Positions 1 to 9,586 of a DNA stretch of 64,000 nt are shown piece after piece; the first letter of the stretch is position 1, and every line of letters starts with the position of its first letter. The stretch is from Bdellovibrionales bacterium (GTDB lineage Bacteria > Bdellovibrionota > Bdellovibrionia > Bdellovibrionales > UBA1609), in contig CBDCMT010000001.1 in NCBI GenBank assembly GCA_965219095.1, forward strand, positions 928,001 through 992,000, written 5' to 3'. The notes beneath the pieces were generated by a model, which was given only the letters and a program-made list of their open reading frames with translations, had not been told where the DNA came from and did not search any database. The translations under genes were made by a program, and so were the position numbers.

Positions 1-897
1 TTGAGAGGAAAAGCAAAGAAGTAAATCCCCTTTTTTTGACTTTAAGGATAACAAATATGAAGCTCCTAAAAAGGATGTGTTTAAAACTTTACACTCTAAA
101 CCTTGACCTAAGATCAACTGCTCTGGTCTTATAAAAAGCTGAGGCTCTGAAACATCTGTTTTTTGAAAGAGAGGTTGAAAGTTCCCTAAAGAGCAAGAGT
201 TCTTCTCAAAGCTTTTAAGAAAAAATCCTGTCCCTAAAAGTTGTGCTACAAAGGGATGTTGTGGTTTTTGGTAAACTTCCTGAGGAAGACCTTTTTGAAG
301 GAGCCGTCCTTTTTTCATAATACCTATGGTTTGAGCTAAGTTAAAAGCCTCTTGTTGAGAGTGAGTGACAAACAAAACTGTCTTTTTTTCTTTCTTAAAG
401 AGCCGTTTTAAAGTGAAAGCTAAATCCTTTTTGTTATGTTTATCGATGTGAGAAAAAGGTTCATCTAAGAGCAAAAGATCATATGAGGAGTTTAAGGTGC
501 GAGCTAGAGCTACTTTTTGACCTTCTCCTCCTGAAATTTCATGGGGGTATTTATAAAGAAGGGTCTCTAAGCTTAGGCTTTCTATTAAATAAGAGGGACA
601 CTTTTTTTTAATTTCAAGGTTTTCTAGAACATTCAAGTGGGGGAATAAATTGAGTTCTTGAAACACAAAACCTAAATTTCTTTTATAACAAGCTTTATTT
701 TTTACATAAGAGCCTCTTAAAAAGATCTCCCCTCTATCATAGACTTCTAAACCTGCTATAAGTCTCAAAACGCTTGTTTTTCCCGAACCACTTTCTCCTA
801 AAAGACAAGCTATTTCTTCTTTTTTAAGACAAAAGGAAATATTTAAAAGAGTGGGTTTTGTATCATAGGAAAAACAAACATTTTCAAACTTTAACAT
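1..897 (-). CDS. fbpC: Fe3+ ABC transporter ATP-binding subunit (FbpC-like), runs off the window edge
   Basis: Manual translation from ATG at 897: Walker A GESGSGKT, FVFQ Q-loop, ISGGE signature, LLLLDEPF Walker B, FVTH; frame open to position 1; abuts the permease stop. Confidence 0.85.
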   Translation of the reverse strand, partial: MLKFENVCFSYDTKPTLLNISFCLKKEEIACLLGESGSGKTSVLRLIAGLEVYDRGEIFLRGSYVKNKACYKRNLGFVFQELNLFPHLNVLENLEIKKKCPSYLIESLSLETLLYKYPHEISGGEGQKVALARTLNSSYDLLLLDEPFSHIDKHNKKDLAFTLKRLFKKEKKTVLFVTHSQQEAFNLAQTIGIMKKGRLLQKGLPQEVYQKPQHPFVAQLLGTGFFLKSFEKNSCSLGNFQPLFQKTDVSEPQLFIRPEQLILGQGLECKVLNTSFLGASYLLSLKSKKGDLLLCFSSQ

Positions 898-2423
898 TTA
901 CACTCTCTTTACTTTCCAGCAGACTAAAAACGTTAAGACTACAATGCATAAAGAAAAAGGAGCTGCTCTCTCCCACTCTCCCTCAGAAGTAAGTTCAAAA
1001 ATTTTAGCTGATAAAGGGCTCCATCCAGAAGGCCTCATCATCAAAGTCATGGGCATTTCTTTTAAAATCTCTATAAAAACCAAAACGAAAGCCAATCTAT
1101 AAGTCGATTTTAACAAAGGAATCTGCAAACGAAAAAACACCTTAAAAGGTCGAAGTCCTAAGAGCATAGCTCCTTCATCTAAAGACCATTTAAGACGTTC
1201 AAAACCAGCTTCTAAAGGCTTCATTCCCACCATTAAAAATCTTAAAGAAAAGCCTAAAAACAAAGCTATTAAAGATGTAAGAGAAGCCCAAGAACTTAAT
1301 TTCAAAACACTCACAGCCCACACCGTTCCCGGTATTCCATAACCTAAGATAGATATTTTTACCAAAGTCTTTAAAACTATATTCTTTTTCCTTATAAACC
1401 ATCTTTGTGTGAAGCTAAAAACTAAACTTAGAACAATGACTATAAAGGCTCCTATGCTTCCTAAAAAGCAAGATTGAAAAAAAGAGTTAACATACTCTAT
1501 GTCAAAAGACTTTCCCCAACTCCAAAAAACAAGTTGTAAAAGAGGAAATCCAAAACTTAAAAACAATAAAACACTTAAGAACAAAAAAACAAATACTCCC
1601 TTTAACCCAGAAAGTTTTTTCAAAGGAGTTTGGAAGCCTTGAGTATCTGTTGTGAAGCGAGCTTTTTTAAGAGCCTTTTCGCAAGAAAAAATCATAAAAA
1701 GTGAAATTAAAATAAGAGAAAGTGAAATCTGGGCTGAAATTTCCCATGAAAAAAAATCATACCAAGCATGATAGATCACCACACTCAAAGACCTGTAGTT
1801 AAAAAGTGAACTAGCTCCAAAGTCACTAATCACATCAAGACTTACAATTAAAAGCCCTGTCATAATCCAGGGTTTATGAGAAGGTAAAACGAGTTTAAAA
1901 AAACTTTTACCTTCAGAAAAACCTAAGCTCTGAGCCGTTTCTAAACACCTCATCCCATAACTTTTGAAAGCTCTAGAACATATAAAATACACATAGGGAA
2001 AAAGAGACAAGCTCATCACAAAAGAAAGGCCAAACAAATTGTTAACAGGAAAAAAAATATCATATCCATTCTGTCTTAAAAAGCTAAAAAAAGCTCCTGA
2101 ATGAGAGAAAAATCCTAAATAAATAAAAGCTAAAACATAGGAAGGAAAGGCCAAGGGAAGGATGAGGCTTTTTGCAAAGAAATGACGTCCTAAAAAAGAG
2201 TATCTAGCACAAAACCAAGCCGATGACACTCCGAAGATAAGGCTTAAAGACCCTACAATTAAGACGAGAAAGAAAGTGTTCCTAAACGCTTGAGGTAAAA
2301 TGTTAGTTAAAAACAAATTCCAGAGATGAGAGGGTTCAAAAAGAGAGTAAAAAAGAGGAAAGAGAGCTGTAAAAACTAAGAGTGAAAAAAAAACAAAAAA
2401 CTTCGAAAAATAATTTTAGTCAT
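898..2423 (-). CDS. fbpB: Fe3+ ABC transporter permease (FbpB-like); natural start at 2423 appears frameshifted in a T9 tract
   Basis: Two EAA-type modules, PLAFPSYVLAF, KEMPMTLMMRP; ORF track 898..2316; ATG at 2423 overlaps the fbpA stop and joins the frame if one T is added at 2385-2393. Confidence 0.85.
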
Positions 2424-3465
2424 AATGAACTTCATGCATTAAGCTTACAGCTTGAAGTTGGTGTTTTGCTATGTCTTGAAGACGAAAGGACTCATTAACT
2501 TTGATGTTATGGCTGAAAGAATCCAAAAGAACGTGTTCATGTTCAGTGTAAAACAAAGGGTATTCTAAATTTGCGTGAGCGAAAATTTTTTGTGCTTGAG
2601 GAGAAAAAAGCCATTTCACAAATTGTTTTGCTTCGAGATTCCTTTTTGACTGCGTTAAAATACCCACTCCTGAAATGTTCACATGAACCCCCATACTATC
2701 TTGGGGCCAAAAAACTTTTAACGTTTCAGAGATTTTAGAATCTTGCTTTAACAAACGCCCATAGTAATATGAGTTGGCTATCCCTACATCACATTGACCT
2801 GAACTGATAGCTTTGAGTAGGAGTGTGTCACTTGTAAAAACTTTTGTCGCTAGATTTTTCATCCAGTTTTTTAAAACTTGTTTTGTCTTTTCCTCACCCC
2901 AGGCTAAAAGAAAAAACGCCACAAGGGATTGGTTATAAACTTTTTTAGAAGTTCTCAGACAAAGACGGTTTTTAAACTTCGAAGATCCTAGGTTTTCATA
3001 ATTAACAATCTCTAGAGGAGAGAGTTTTTTAGGGTTATAGAAAATAGAACGTGCTCTTAGGGACACACCAAACCAATACCCCTCATCATCCCTTAAGTGT
3101 TCAGGAACAAGATCTAAAAACTTTTTTTGCGGGCTTAGAAGCCCTTTTTCTTTAGCGAAGTCCAAATAGCCTGCGTCAACGGTCATAAAAACATCAGCCT
3201 TAAGGTTTTGGTTTTTAAGTTTTTCAATCAAGCTAGGAGCTTTGTCTGTATGAACTTTAAATGATACATGAGAGTTTTTTTCTTTGTAGGCCTTCAATAC
3301 AGGCTTTAAAAGCTCTGTGTTTCTTTCTGAGTAAATTACTAGACTGTATTTTTGGGTCTTAGAATCGCCAGCTTGTAAAAAAACCCGAGCCTGGCCCATA
3401 AAAAAAGATAAAAAAAGAGCTAATCCGCTGAAAACAATGAGGAAAAAAGTATTTCGGTAAAGTAT
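2416..3465 (-). CDS. fbpA: Fe3+ ABC transporter periplasmic binding protein (FbpA/FutA-like)
   Basis: ADVFMTVDAG, RLCLRTS..YNQSLVA, ANSYYYGR, GVHVNISG motifs; hydrophobic leader extends in frame to an ATA at 3465 after an AGAAAGGA RBS (track start 3399). Confidence 0.88.
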   Translation of the reverse strand: MLYRNTFFLIVFSGLALFLSFFMGQARVFLQAGDSKTQKYSLVIYSERNTELLKPVLKAYKEKNSHVSFKVHTDKAPSLIEKLKNQNLKADVFMTVDAGYLDFAKEKGLLSPQKKFLDLVPEHLRDDEGYWFGVSLRARSIFYNPKKLSPLEIVNYENLGSSKFKNRLCLRTSKKVYNQSLVAFFLLAWGEEKTKQVLKNWMKNLATKVFTSDTLLLKAISSGQCDVGIANSYYYGRLLKQDSKISETLKVFWPQDSMGVHVNISGVGILTQSKRNLEAKQFVKWLFSPQAQKIFAHANLEYPLFYTEHEHVLLDSFSHNIKVNESFRLQDIAKHQLQAVSLMHEVHYD

Positions 3466-3522
3466 AAAAGGTCCTTTCTCTTGTTAATCTCAAGTTTTTG
3501 GAGGCTCTAAACCCCTTCTAAT

Positions 3523-3537
3523 TGAAATTAAGTTTCA
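3523..3537. promoter_or_regulatory. Fur/Zur-family-like 7-1-7 inverted repeat TGAAATT-A-AGTTTCA
   Basis: Near-palindrome resembling TGATAAT-N-ATTATCA, between the divergent iron ABC operon and rpsD. Confidence 0.55.
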
Positions 3538-3660
3538 CTTTCAAAAATCACTATTAGGAAGAAAAAAGTCAATAAAGATTTTGTTATAAAAATCAAATGA
3601 TAGAGAAATGAAAACATTTTGAACTTGACTTTTAAGGTTCCTTGTATGAAATTCAGCTTC

Positions 3661-4281
3661 ATGAGACAAGCTCGTTTTAAAGTGCAAAGACGTCTGGGAG
3701 GGGAGCTTCCTGGGCTAGGAAAACCAGGGGCTTTGGGGCGCCGTCCCTATCCCCCTGGAGAAAATGGCAATAAAAGGCGTAAATACTCTGACTATGCCCT
3801 CCGCATGGAAGAGAAGCAAAAAATAAGGCATCACTACGTTCTCAAAGAACGACAACTTAGACGCTTCATTCGCAACTCCAAAAAAGGACAAGCCACAACA
3901 GCTTGGATTGACACTCTTATAGGTCTTCTCGAACGTCGCCTTGATAACATTGTCTTTCGTTTAGGTTTTGCTCCCAGCATACGAGCTGCCAGACAGTTAG
4001 TCAGTCATGGACATGTTCTTGTCAATGGAAAAAAACTTGATATTAGTTCTTGTGTTTTAAACCAAGATGATGAAGTCACCTTAAGAGACAAATCTTATGA
4101 ACATCAATCTGTAATTTATGCTCAACAAAACCCTCGATTCGATGTCCCAGATTATCTAAAAAAAGAAATGCTTAAAGGTAAAGAAGGTGGTGTTATTTTA
4201 TCTATACCAGAAAGAGGGCATGTACCTTTTACTTTTGACGCTAGCCTTTTTACAGAATACTATGCTGCTAGAAAAGTTTAA
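3661..4281 (+). CDS. rpsD: 30S ribosomal protein S4, stand-alone copy without the N-terminal Cys zinc motif
   Basis: PYPPGENG, SDYALRMEEKQK, LERRLDNIVFRLGFAPSIRAARQLVSHGHV; start likely MRQARFK at 3661. Confidence 0.95.
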   Translation: MRQARFKVQRRLGGELPGLGKPGALGRRPYPPGENGNKRRKYSDYALRMEEKQKIRHHYVLKERQLRRFIRNSKKGQATTAWIDTLIGLLERRLDNIVFRLGFAPSIRAARQLVSHGHVLVNGKKLDISSCVLNQDDEVTLRDKSYEHQSVIYAQQNPRFDVPDYLKKEMLKGKEGGVILSIPERGHVPFTFDASLFTEYYAARKV

Positions 4282-4287
4282 AAGTTT

Positions 4288-4326
4288 GTGACAATTTTTG
4301 TCACCAGTGTTTAACAATTTTTGTTA
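4288..4326. promoter_or_regulatory. Tandem palindromic sites GTGACAA-TTT-TTGTCAC and TAACAA-TTT-TTGTTA, candidate enhancer-binding-protein sites
   Basis: Two related perfect palindromes 50-90 bp upstream of a sigma54 consensus. Confidence 0.55.
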
Positions 4327-4373
4327 CTTTCCAAATTGTAAAAGGTTCAATTCTGAACAATGAGGAGTAAATA

Positions 4374-4390
4374 TGGCATGTTTTTTGCAA
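4374..4390 (+). promoter_or_regulatory. sigma54 (-24/-12) promoter TGGCATGTTTTTTGCAA
   Basis: GG-N10-GC spacing with TGGCA and TTGCA flanks, about 80 bp upstream of the 4471 start. Confidence 0.7.
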
Positions 4391-4470
4391 GACTTTATTA
4401 TAAGAAGGTTAAAAGTCTTTGCCTATAAGAAATAAATAAGACTAAAAAATAAAACAAAGGAGAGGAAAAA

Positions 4471-5472
4471 ATGAACCAAATCAGAACACTAGTCAAAAAA
4501 CTAAAAATGATAATAAAACAAACGAGATATTTTGTTTTATTAACCCTTATTTTGTGTTTGAACACCTTCGCTGTATCAGTCAAGGCAAACGTATTAAAAG
4601 AAAAGAAGGGAGAGGAATTTAAAGAGCAAGCTATTTATTATGGCAATACTCATAAATGCAGGATAGCAGAGCCTATTGAAGGAGAAAATAGCTCTGATAT
4701 TTTGTGTTCCAAAAACCCCAAGACAAGCACGTTAAAAGAAAAGAAGGGAGAGGAATTTGAAGAGCAAGCTATTATTTATTATGGCGATACTCATAAATGC
4801 AGGATAGCAGAGCCTATTGAAGGAGAAAATAGCTCTGGTATTTTGTGTTTCAAAAACCCCAAGACAAGCACGTTAAAAGAAAAGAAGGGAGAGGGATTTG
4901 AAGAGCCAACTATTTATATAAGTAGCGATATTTATAAGTGCAGGATAGCAGAGCCTGGTATTTTGTGTTTCAAAAACTTCAAGACAAGCACGTTAAAGGA
5001 TATCTATTATGGCGATTATAAATGCAGGATAGCAGAGTCTGTTGAAGGAGAAAATAGCTCTGATATTTTGTGTTCCAAAAACCCCAAGACAAGCACGTTA
5101 AAAGAAAAGAAGGGAGAGGAATTTAAAGAGCAAGCTATTTATTATGGCAATACTCATAAATGCAGGATAGCAGAGCCTATTGAAGGAGAAAATAGCTCTG
5201 ATATTTTGTGTTCCAAAAACCCCAAGACAAGCACGTTAAAAGAAAAGAAGGGAGAGGGATTTGAAGAGCCAACTATTTATATAAGTAGCGATATTTATAA
5301 GTGCAGGATAGCAGAGCCTGGTATTTTGTGTTTCAAAAACTTCAAGACAAGCACGTTAAAGGATATCTATTATGGCGATTATAAATGCAGGATAGCAGAG
5401 TCTGTTGAAGGAGAAAATAGCTCTGATATTTTGTGTTCCAAAAAGAGGGAAAAAAAAGGCAGGTTTAGATAA
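4471..5472 (+). CDS. Secreted Cys-repeat protein (7 repeats, core KCRIAE...ILC.KN.KTSTLK)
   Basis: GGAG RBS, hydrophobic leader ending AVSVKA, 35-47 aa units each with 2 Cys. Confidence 0.75.
   Translation: MNQIRTLVKKLKMIIKQTRYFVLLTLILCLNTFAVSVKANVLKEKKGEEFKEQAIYYGNTHKCRIAEPIEGENSSDILCSKNPKTSTLKEKKGEEFEEQAIIYYGDTHKCRIAEPIEGENSSGILCFKNPKTSTLKEKKGEGFEEPTIYISSDIYKCRIAEPGILCFKNFKTSTLKDIYYGDYKCRIAESVEGENSSDILCSKNPKTSTLKEKKGEEFKEQAIYYGNTHKCRIAEPIEGENSSDILCSKNPKTSTLKEKKGEGFEEPTIYISSDIYKCRIAEPGILCFKNFKTSTLKDIYYGDYKCRIAESVEGENSSDILCSKKREKKGRFR
4594..5442 (+). repeat. Intragenic mosaic tandem repeat, unit order A-B-C-D-A-C-D
   Basis: Unit A recurs at offset 504 bp (4594 and 5098); C and D recur near-identically. 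Confidence 0.9.
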
Positions 5473-5486
5473 AACTAACCTGCCTT
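5456..5486 (-). terminator. Intrinsic terminator hairpin for rnpB (possibly bidirectional)
   Basis: AAGGCAGGTT...AACCTGCCTT stem followed by a T-run on the minus strand. Confidence 0.65.
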
Positions 5487-5496
5487 AAATGGCTGT

Positions 5497-5832
5497 GAAG
5501 GCGATTTATAAGCCGGATTCTGTACTTTCTTGAGTTTTGCCAAAACTCAAGAAAGCTGTGTTCATTCATCTGAGAATAAAGTTACCTCTACTCTTCAAGC
5601 GATCGACCCGAAAACTTGTGCTGGCTACACTTACAAACGTTTTCCTATTTGATCTTGCTCCATGCAGAGTTTAGCTGATTTCACTCTAGCAGTTTTAATA
5701 AAAACCCTAGACATACTTTCTGTTCCACTAGTCCTCACCTCAGGGTGGGGGGGCGTTACCCCCTGCAATGCCATAAGGAGTCCGGACTTTCCTCCCTACA
5801 CAAAAATGTAGAGCAAACACATAATCACCTCC
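5497..5832 (-). ncRNA. rnpB: RNase P RNA
   Basis: Minus strand has GAGGAAAGTCCGGACTCC near the 5' end and ACAGAATCCGGCTTA near the 3' end; termini pair as P1. Confidence 0.95.
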
Positions 5833-5857
5833 TAAGATGAAAGCCTATCATAAGAAT

Positions 5858-6298
5858 TTACAAAAAGCCATCTAAAATTTGATTGGCTAACTCATCAGCA
5901 CGAGTGTTCTCTTCTCTTGGAATGTGGTAAAATTCAATATAGGGAATACGTTCGATAAACTGTCTGCATTCCAAAAAAATAGGTTTTAAATGAGAGGCTT
6001 TGACCTTATATTTCCCTTGGATTTGACGAATTAAAAGCTGACTGTCGGTTTTTAAAGTAACCTTTTTAAGTGTGTTTTTTTGTAAACTTGCAAGCTCTAA
6101 AGCTGTTCTTACACCTAAGTACTCGGCTACGTTGTTTGTTGCTTTGCCCACCTTATGGGCTAGTTCTAAAACAGTTTCCCCCTTCTTTGATAACACAACA
6201 ACTCCAAAAGCAGAAGGGCCGGGATTACCACGACTGGCTCCATCTGTGTAGATGGCAACCTCAGAAGGCCAGACTTTTAAAAGTTCATTTTTCCACAT
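5858..6298 (-). CDS. rnhA: Ribonuclease HI family protein
   Basis: YTDGASRGNPG, TNNVAEY, DSQLLIRQ, HIPREENTRADELAN. Confidence 0.92.
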   Translation of the reverse strand: MWKNELLKVWPSEVAIYTDGASRGNPGPSAFGVVVLSKKGETVLELAHKVGKATNNVAEYLGVRTALELASLQKNTLKKVTLKTDSQLLIRQIQGKYKVKASHLKPIFLECRQFIERIPYIEFYHIPREENTRADELANQILDGFL

Positions 6299-6386
6299 GA
6301 TTTTAGACTAAAAATTCTCTACATTATTGTCCATTTGCAACACATGTAGACATAATGAAAATTATTCTATAATTTGAACTTAACAA

Positions 6387-8405
6387 ATGAAGTCTTTAGA
6401 AAAAAATAAAAAACTAATTCAACATAAAGATGTTCGAATTGATCCTTATTATTGGATGAAGAGAAGAGATGATACTTATGTCTTAAAGTTTTTAAATGAA
6501 GAGAATCAAAAAGTTGAAAAGGCCTTAGAAAGCGTTAAACCTTTGCGGAAAGAACTTTTTCAAGAAATGAAAGGTCGTATCGTAAAAGAGGACATCACAG
6601 TTCCTATAAAAAGAGGTTTTTTTTACTACTATATAAAGTACACAAAAAGCAAAGAATATCCTATATACTGTCGTAAAAAGGGTTCTCTTAAAGCTAAAGA
6701 AGAGGTTTTCTTAGATGTGAACTTCCTAGCAAAAGGTCATTCTTACTTTCAAGTTATTGCTGTAACTATGAGCGACGATCACAGCATGGTATCTTTTGCT
6801 GTGGATACAGTGGGAAGGAGAATTTACACCCTTTATTTTAAAGATCTGAAAAAAAGGAGAATCTTAAATACAAAAATTAAGGACGTAACCGGAAACCATG
6901 TTTGGACTCATGATAACAAGACTCTCTTTTTTACAGATTTAGATAAAACAATCTTGAGACATGATAAAGTGTATCGCTACAACTTAAAAACCAACAAAAA
7001 AACTCTTGTCTATACTGAAAAGGATAAAAGTTTTTTTGTAAATTTAAGTAAGTCAAAAACCAAAAAGTACATTTATATTGAATCCATTGCTAAAGAATGG
7101 AATGAAACACAGTACATAGAAGCAAACAAGCCTTATGGAAAATTTCAAATCTTTCAAGAAAGAAAGCCAAAGCTTGAGTATTTTGTAAGCCATGGAGAGA
7201 ATTGTTTTTTTATTTTAAATAACCAAAAGGCTAAAAATTTTAAAATATCGAAAACTCAAGAAAACAAAACAGATATAAAGCACTGGAAGCCTTGGCTTAA
7301 ACACAGAAAAGATGTGTTTCTAGAGAGTTTTGAAGTTTTTAAGGATTTTTTAGTTATTGATACAAAAGAAAAAGGTCTTTCTGAAATTTCTATTATTTTC
7401 AGAAAGAACAAGAAAATTAGAAAGCTTAAGTTTAAAGAAAAAACTTATATGGCACATTCTTTAGGTCATCCTGAGTACAATTCATTGAAATTTCATTATA
7501 GTTTTGAATCACTTAATACACCTCCTTCTGTTTTTGAGTGTAATGTGAAGACTTTAAAATCTAGATTAAAGAAAAAAGTCAAAGTTCTAGGAGGTTTTCG
7601 TTCCTCTTCTTATAAAACAGAAAGACTCTGGGCAAAAGGACATGATAATACTTTTATTCCTATCTCTTTAGTTTACAATAAACGTTTCAAAAGAAATAAG
7701 AACAGACCTCTTCTTCTGTATGGCTATGGAGCTTATGGTATTAGTTCGGAACCTTATTTTAGCTCTTCGAGATTAAGTCTTTTGAATCGAGGTTTTGTGT
7801 TTGCTATAGCCCACGTACGTGGAGGCTCAGAGATGGGAGTTAAATGGTATGAAAAAGGAAAAAAGCTTTATAAGAAAAATACTTTTTATGATTTCATCTC
7901 TTGTACTGAGTATTTAATTGAAAAAAAATACACATCCTCTGAACATCTCTATGCTTACGGAGGAAGTGCAGGAGGACTTCTTATGGGAGCTATCAGCAAT
8001 ATGAGATCTGATTTGTTTCATGGCATCATTGCAGCAGTTCCTTTTGTAGATGTCCTAACAACTATGCTTGATGATAGTATCCCCTTGACAACTATTGAAT
8101 ACGAAGAGTGGGGTAACCCTCATAAGAAGAAATACTACAATTATATAAAATCTTATTCTCCTTATGATAAGGTCAAGGCCCAAGACTATCCTCATTTTCT
8201 TATCCTTTCAGGCTATCATGATTCTCAAGTACAGTACTGGGAGCCTAGCAAGTGGGCTTGTAAATTAAGCTCATATAAAACAAGTGATAGTCTTGTTCTT
8301 CTAAAAACTAACATGGAGGCTGGTCATTCAGGATCTACGGGGAGATTTAAGTATTTAGAAGAAATAGCTCTTATGTGGGCTTTTTTAATTTACTTAGAAA
8401 AATAG
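6387..8405 (+). CDS. ptrB: Oligopeptidase B (S9A)
   Basis: DPYYWM, LLYGYGAYG, GGSAGG nucleophile, HDSQV, AGH catalytic motifs. Confidence 0.95.
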   Translation: MKSLEKNKKLIQHKDVRIDPYYWMKRRDDTYVLKFLNEENQKVEKALESVKPLRKELFQEMKGRIVKEDITVPIKRGFFYYYIKYTKSKEYPIYCRKKGSLKAKEEVFLDVNFLAKGHSYFQVIAVTMSDDHSMVSFAVDTVGRRIYTLYFKDLKKRRILNTKIKDVTGNHVWTHDNKTLFFTDLDKTILRHDKVYRYNLKTNKKTLVYTEKDKSFFVNLSKSKTKKYIYIESIAKEWNETQYIEANKPYGKFQIFQERKPKLEYFVSHGENCFFILNNQKAKNFKISKTQENKTDIKHWKPWLKHRKDVFLESFEVFKDFLVIDTKEKGLSEISIIFRKNKKIRKLKFKEKTYMAHSLGHPEYNSLKFHYSFESLNTPPSVFECNVKTLKSRLKKKVKVLGGFRSSSYKTERLWAKGHDNTFIPISLVYNKRFKRNKNRPLLLYGYGAYGISSEPYFSSSRLSLLNRGFVFAIAHVRGGSEMGVKWYEKGKKLYKKNTFYDFISCTEYLIEKKYTSSEHLYAYGGSAGGLLMGAISNMRSDLFHGIIAAVPFVDVLTTMLDDSIPLTTIEYEEWGNPHKKKYYNYIKSYSPYDKVKAQDYPHFLILSGYHDSQVQYWEPSKWACKLSSYKTSDSLVLLKTNMEAGHSGSTGRFKYLEEIALMWAFLIYLEK

Positions 8406-8453
8406 CCTCCTCAAAAAAATCTGTGAGTTCCGGAGGTTCTGGCAGTTTTCCAA
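8405..8453 (-). mobile_element. ISL3 right-end relic
   Basis: gcctcctcaaaaaaatctgtgagttccggaggttctggcagttttccaa is the reverse complement of the ISL3 3' end at about 35767-35817. Confidence 0.8.
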
Positions 8454-8473
8454 CGCTGTGATATAAGGCCAAT

Positions 8474-9586
8474 TTATTTTACAGTGCTAACTTTAAAAAT
8501 AGGCTCTAAGCATTGGACTGCAGACTTAAGAAGAAACCATGCAAATTTTTGAGAAATCTTTACATCTTGATTGTAAAAAGCAATAAATTCGTCATAAGCT
8601 TGAGCACCTTTGTTTCTCTTAAATCCTCCATTTCCTGCACCTAAATTAACTTTGATTTCTTTTCTTTCTCCTTCCTGGAGAAGGTCTTGAATCAGAGTAG
8701 GATAAAGATTGTTTTTTTGAGGGAGTTCTAAGTCATAGCCAATAAAAACTCCTACAAGAGAACTGCCTCCTTGTTTAAACCCGTAAACAGCATCTATTTT
8801 GTCACCCTTTTTTAAAGTTTTAATTTTTATACTTGAGTTCCTATAAGCTTTAAAGATTTCTTTTGTAAGATGAGGATTATTTTTAAAGTGTTTATTAATG
8901 TAGAGTTGAGAGTAAAGCTTATAAACCCTGTTAACATCTGATTCTTTAAAATCAGAGAAAAAATATCCGCTTTTTTTAAACCTTTTCTTATCTGATTTAA
9001 GAGATTTTCGTGCAGAAATTTCCTGACCTTTACTGTCAACAATATAGGTTGTTCTGTTGTATACAAATTCATAACCTAGCCTCTTAAGATTTTCCATAAG
9101 ATCATAGTTGATGGATTTGTTAAGTGATGGCCATAGAATAATTTTCTTAGGAAATTTCTTTTTAAGAGCAAACGTTATCTCTCTTACTTCATCAAATGTT
9201 AAATCTGAATAAATGTTTTCAGACAGGAGCCAATTGTTCACATAAATAACATCATTAAGGCCACAAAAATGAACAAAAGCTCCTATGAAATCGATAAGGG
9301 GAATAAGAATTTTTTTTCTTCTAGGAAGAAGTGACTTTGCGTAAGAAACATAATGTTCATAGGGGCTACATAAATAACAGTTCTTTTTGTTTCCAGAAGC
9401 TAAAATAATAGGAATGATCTTGTTTTCAATTACAAGAATATAAAAAACCCCTTCTGCATTGGAAATAAAGTGAGAGATACCTTCATTCATTAAGGTTTTA
9501 AGGAAAGGTTTGTCAAGGTGAACTTCTTGTTCTTTAGGCCAGCGAATGTTTTCTAGATTTTCTTTTGAATAAATTTCTATGTCCAT
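8474..9586 (-). CDS. GNAT/FemABX-like fold hypothetical protein
   Basis: C-terminal LYSQLY..K, GYD, NLGAGNGGFKRNKGA resemble a Fem/GNAT C-terminus; start overlaps the upstream gene. Confidence 0.5.
   Translation of the reverse strand: MDIEIYSKENLENIRWPKEQEVHLDKPFLKTLMNEGISHFISNAEGVFYILVIENKIIPIILASGNKKNCYLCSPYEHYVSYAKSLLPRRKKILIPLIDFIGAFVHFCGLNDVIYVNNWLLSENIYSDLTFDEVREITFALKKKFPKKIILWPSLNKSINYDLMENLKRLGYEFVYNRTTYIVDSKGQEISARKSLKSDKKRFKKSGYFFSDFKESDVNRVYKLYSQLYINKHFKNNPHLTKEIFKAYRNSSIKIKTLKKGDKIDAVYGFKQGGSSLVGVFIGYDLELPQKNNLYPTLIQDLLQEGERKEIKVNLGAGNGGFKRNKGAQAYDEFIAFYNQDVKISQKFAWFLLKSAVQCLEPIFKVSTVK

Noticed and set aside
4594..5442. Possible CRISPR array
   Set aside because: Repeats are in-frame coding units of 105-141 bp without unique spacers; no cas genes in the window
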